From assembly GCA_039621445.1 (NCBI GenBank), contig CP154954.1, forward strand, positions 34,383,737-34,447,736: a stretch of 64,000 nucleotides of DNA. Reading direction: 5' to 3'. The position numbers and the translations under genes are program-made. Below are positions 62,514 to 64,000 of the stretch, piece after piece. The notes under the pieces are model-generated. The model was not told the DNA's origin. It saw only the letters and a list, made by a program, of their open reading frames with translations, and searched no databases. The DNA is from Euglena gracilis. Taxonomy: Eukaryota. Every line of letters starts with the position of its first letter. The first letter of the stretch is position 1.

Positions 62514-63847
62514 CTGTTGTGACCCGGATATCACAACCCCCTGCCAGGACATTAAAATCAGAGGTGCACGCCCCCCCCTGATGGAATCGCAAAAAGCAAA
62601 TCACGGAAAAAATATCATCGTGAAATATCATTGTGTGGCAATTTTTTTTGTTATTCAGTGTGAACCATCATTTTCCCAAAAAATTCGTCCAAAATGCAAA
62701 AATTTTCGGCGCAAGCGCCAGAAGGAAAATTTTGATGTTTTGGGGGGTCCCGGGTGATCCACCCCTTGGCAGGGGGGTCAGGTGGGGGTGTCCCCCGGTC
62801 CAGCAGGGGGTACACCCCGCACCTTCACCTTGAACGCCCTCCTTTTTTCGAACCCTGCCTTGCCCTCAGTGATACTCAAAGTGATGGCTGGACCTGCGTT
62901 GCCGCCACCCCTGGGTTGCCCTCACGCCGGTGCGTCCCGCGGTGCCACTTGTCGTTGAGCGGCATCCTCAGGCTTCCCGTGGCAGTCCGCCATTCATGCC
63001 TGACACCATTTGCAGTCAATGGTTTCTCGCAAAAAAAAAGCAAAAAATGTGCATGCAACGCACACAAATGTGCACATGTATGTATGAAGCTCTCTGTGTA
63101 CAGAGCAGAAGATGTACCCTCCGACAGATTGCCACTTGAAAGGTTGACCATTGCTGGGGACTTTGACAACTTCTGACAATTACTGGTTGGCTGGCAATCA
63201 GCGACCAGCATGGGTAATCATTTGTCCTCCATAAGGTTATTATTCGAAAAATTGGTTAAAACCTGGGAGGGGATGGGGGGGGGGCTATTTTTGGGGGCTA
63301 TTCTTGGAGGTTTTGCGTCGAAAAAATGCATTTGAGCGTTTACAGCAAACCAAAAAAAATATTGATTGAAACCCCCCAGTGTTACATCACCGTGTAAAAT
63401 GGAACTGCTCAAGCTCAAGCTTTCCGTGGGGGGTCCGGCCGGCTGAGGGATGGCTGGTACCCGAAAACGGGCAAGCAACCCCAAATCCAGCTGGGTTGGA
63501 ATTTCCAACCAAATATTTGAGGTGAAACACCCCAAACCCCTCGAAAATACCACTTTGCGCCATTCTGTCCAAGTTCCAAAGTTTACGGTGCTTTGTGCCG
63601 AAAGCCATTTTATCCCAGTCCCAACTTTATTTCAGTGAACCCGCGGGGGTCCAAAGCCCAGATGGGACCTCCTGCTGGAAAAAAAAAACTCTAGCTGGCT
63701 GGACCCCCCGGGGGGGGGGTGTCCTCTCCGGCCGAAGGAAACCCCTGCCTGCCTGCCTGCCTGTCAGCATGCAACCCCCAAGCACAGCGTGGCGAACGGC
63801 CGGAAAGGCGGAGGCAAGGCGGCCATGGCGGGCCGGGCGGCGCGCAC

Positions 63848-64000
63848 GGCGGTGATGTCGAACACGACGTTCCACAGCTCCGCCGGGGGCGGGGGCGGCA
63901 CGCGGCCCGTCGGGTCGGCCATCACCGCCAGCAGGTTGGCCGAGAGACCGGCCAGCGGGCCCCACGGCCCCTGCGACGCGGCGTTCAGGACGTCCGAGGC
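63848..64000 (-). CDS. exon of unknown gene running off the window: ASDVLNAASQGPWGPLAGLSANLLAVMADPTGRVPPPPPAELWNVVFDITA
   Basis: Nearly all codons end in G/C; |GTGCGC donor. Confidence 0.6.

Overview
Repeat-rich eukaryotic DNA, most likely from a euglenid (inference from a nonconventional intron, GC-rich micro-exons, MITE-filled introns and TTAGGG-like repeats). Left to right: (1) a ~16.6 kb array of a 213-bp satellite; (2) the 3' half of a minus-strand Ty3/gypsy LTR retrotransposon, with 3' LTR 16666-17061, PPT, and an integrase with D-35-E, GPY/F-like motif and intact chromodomain. Between integrase and LTR it carries what reassembles into one ~1,935-codon extra ORF with its own splice acceptor and an 8-Cys zinc finger; (3) an ~11 kb array of a hairpin-rich 78-79-bp satellite that cuts the integrase; (4) a 21-bp minisatellite with two hAT MITEs; (5) five exons of a ZIFL-like MFS transporter gene with GT-AG introns and one nonconventional intron shaped like a hAT MITE plus its 8-bp target duplication; (6) many hAT and TA-TSD MITEs, a decayed hAT transposase and exons of a second, unidentified gene. 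Homopolymer noise (notably 29.7-34.2 kb) suggests unpolished long reads, so 1-bp frameshifts may be artefacts. Nearly all ORFs in the supplied track over the repeats are spurious.
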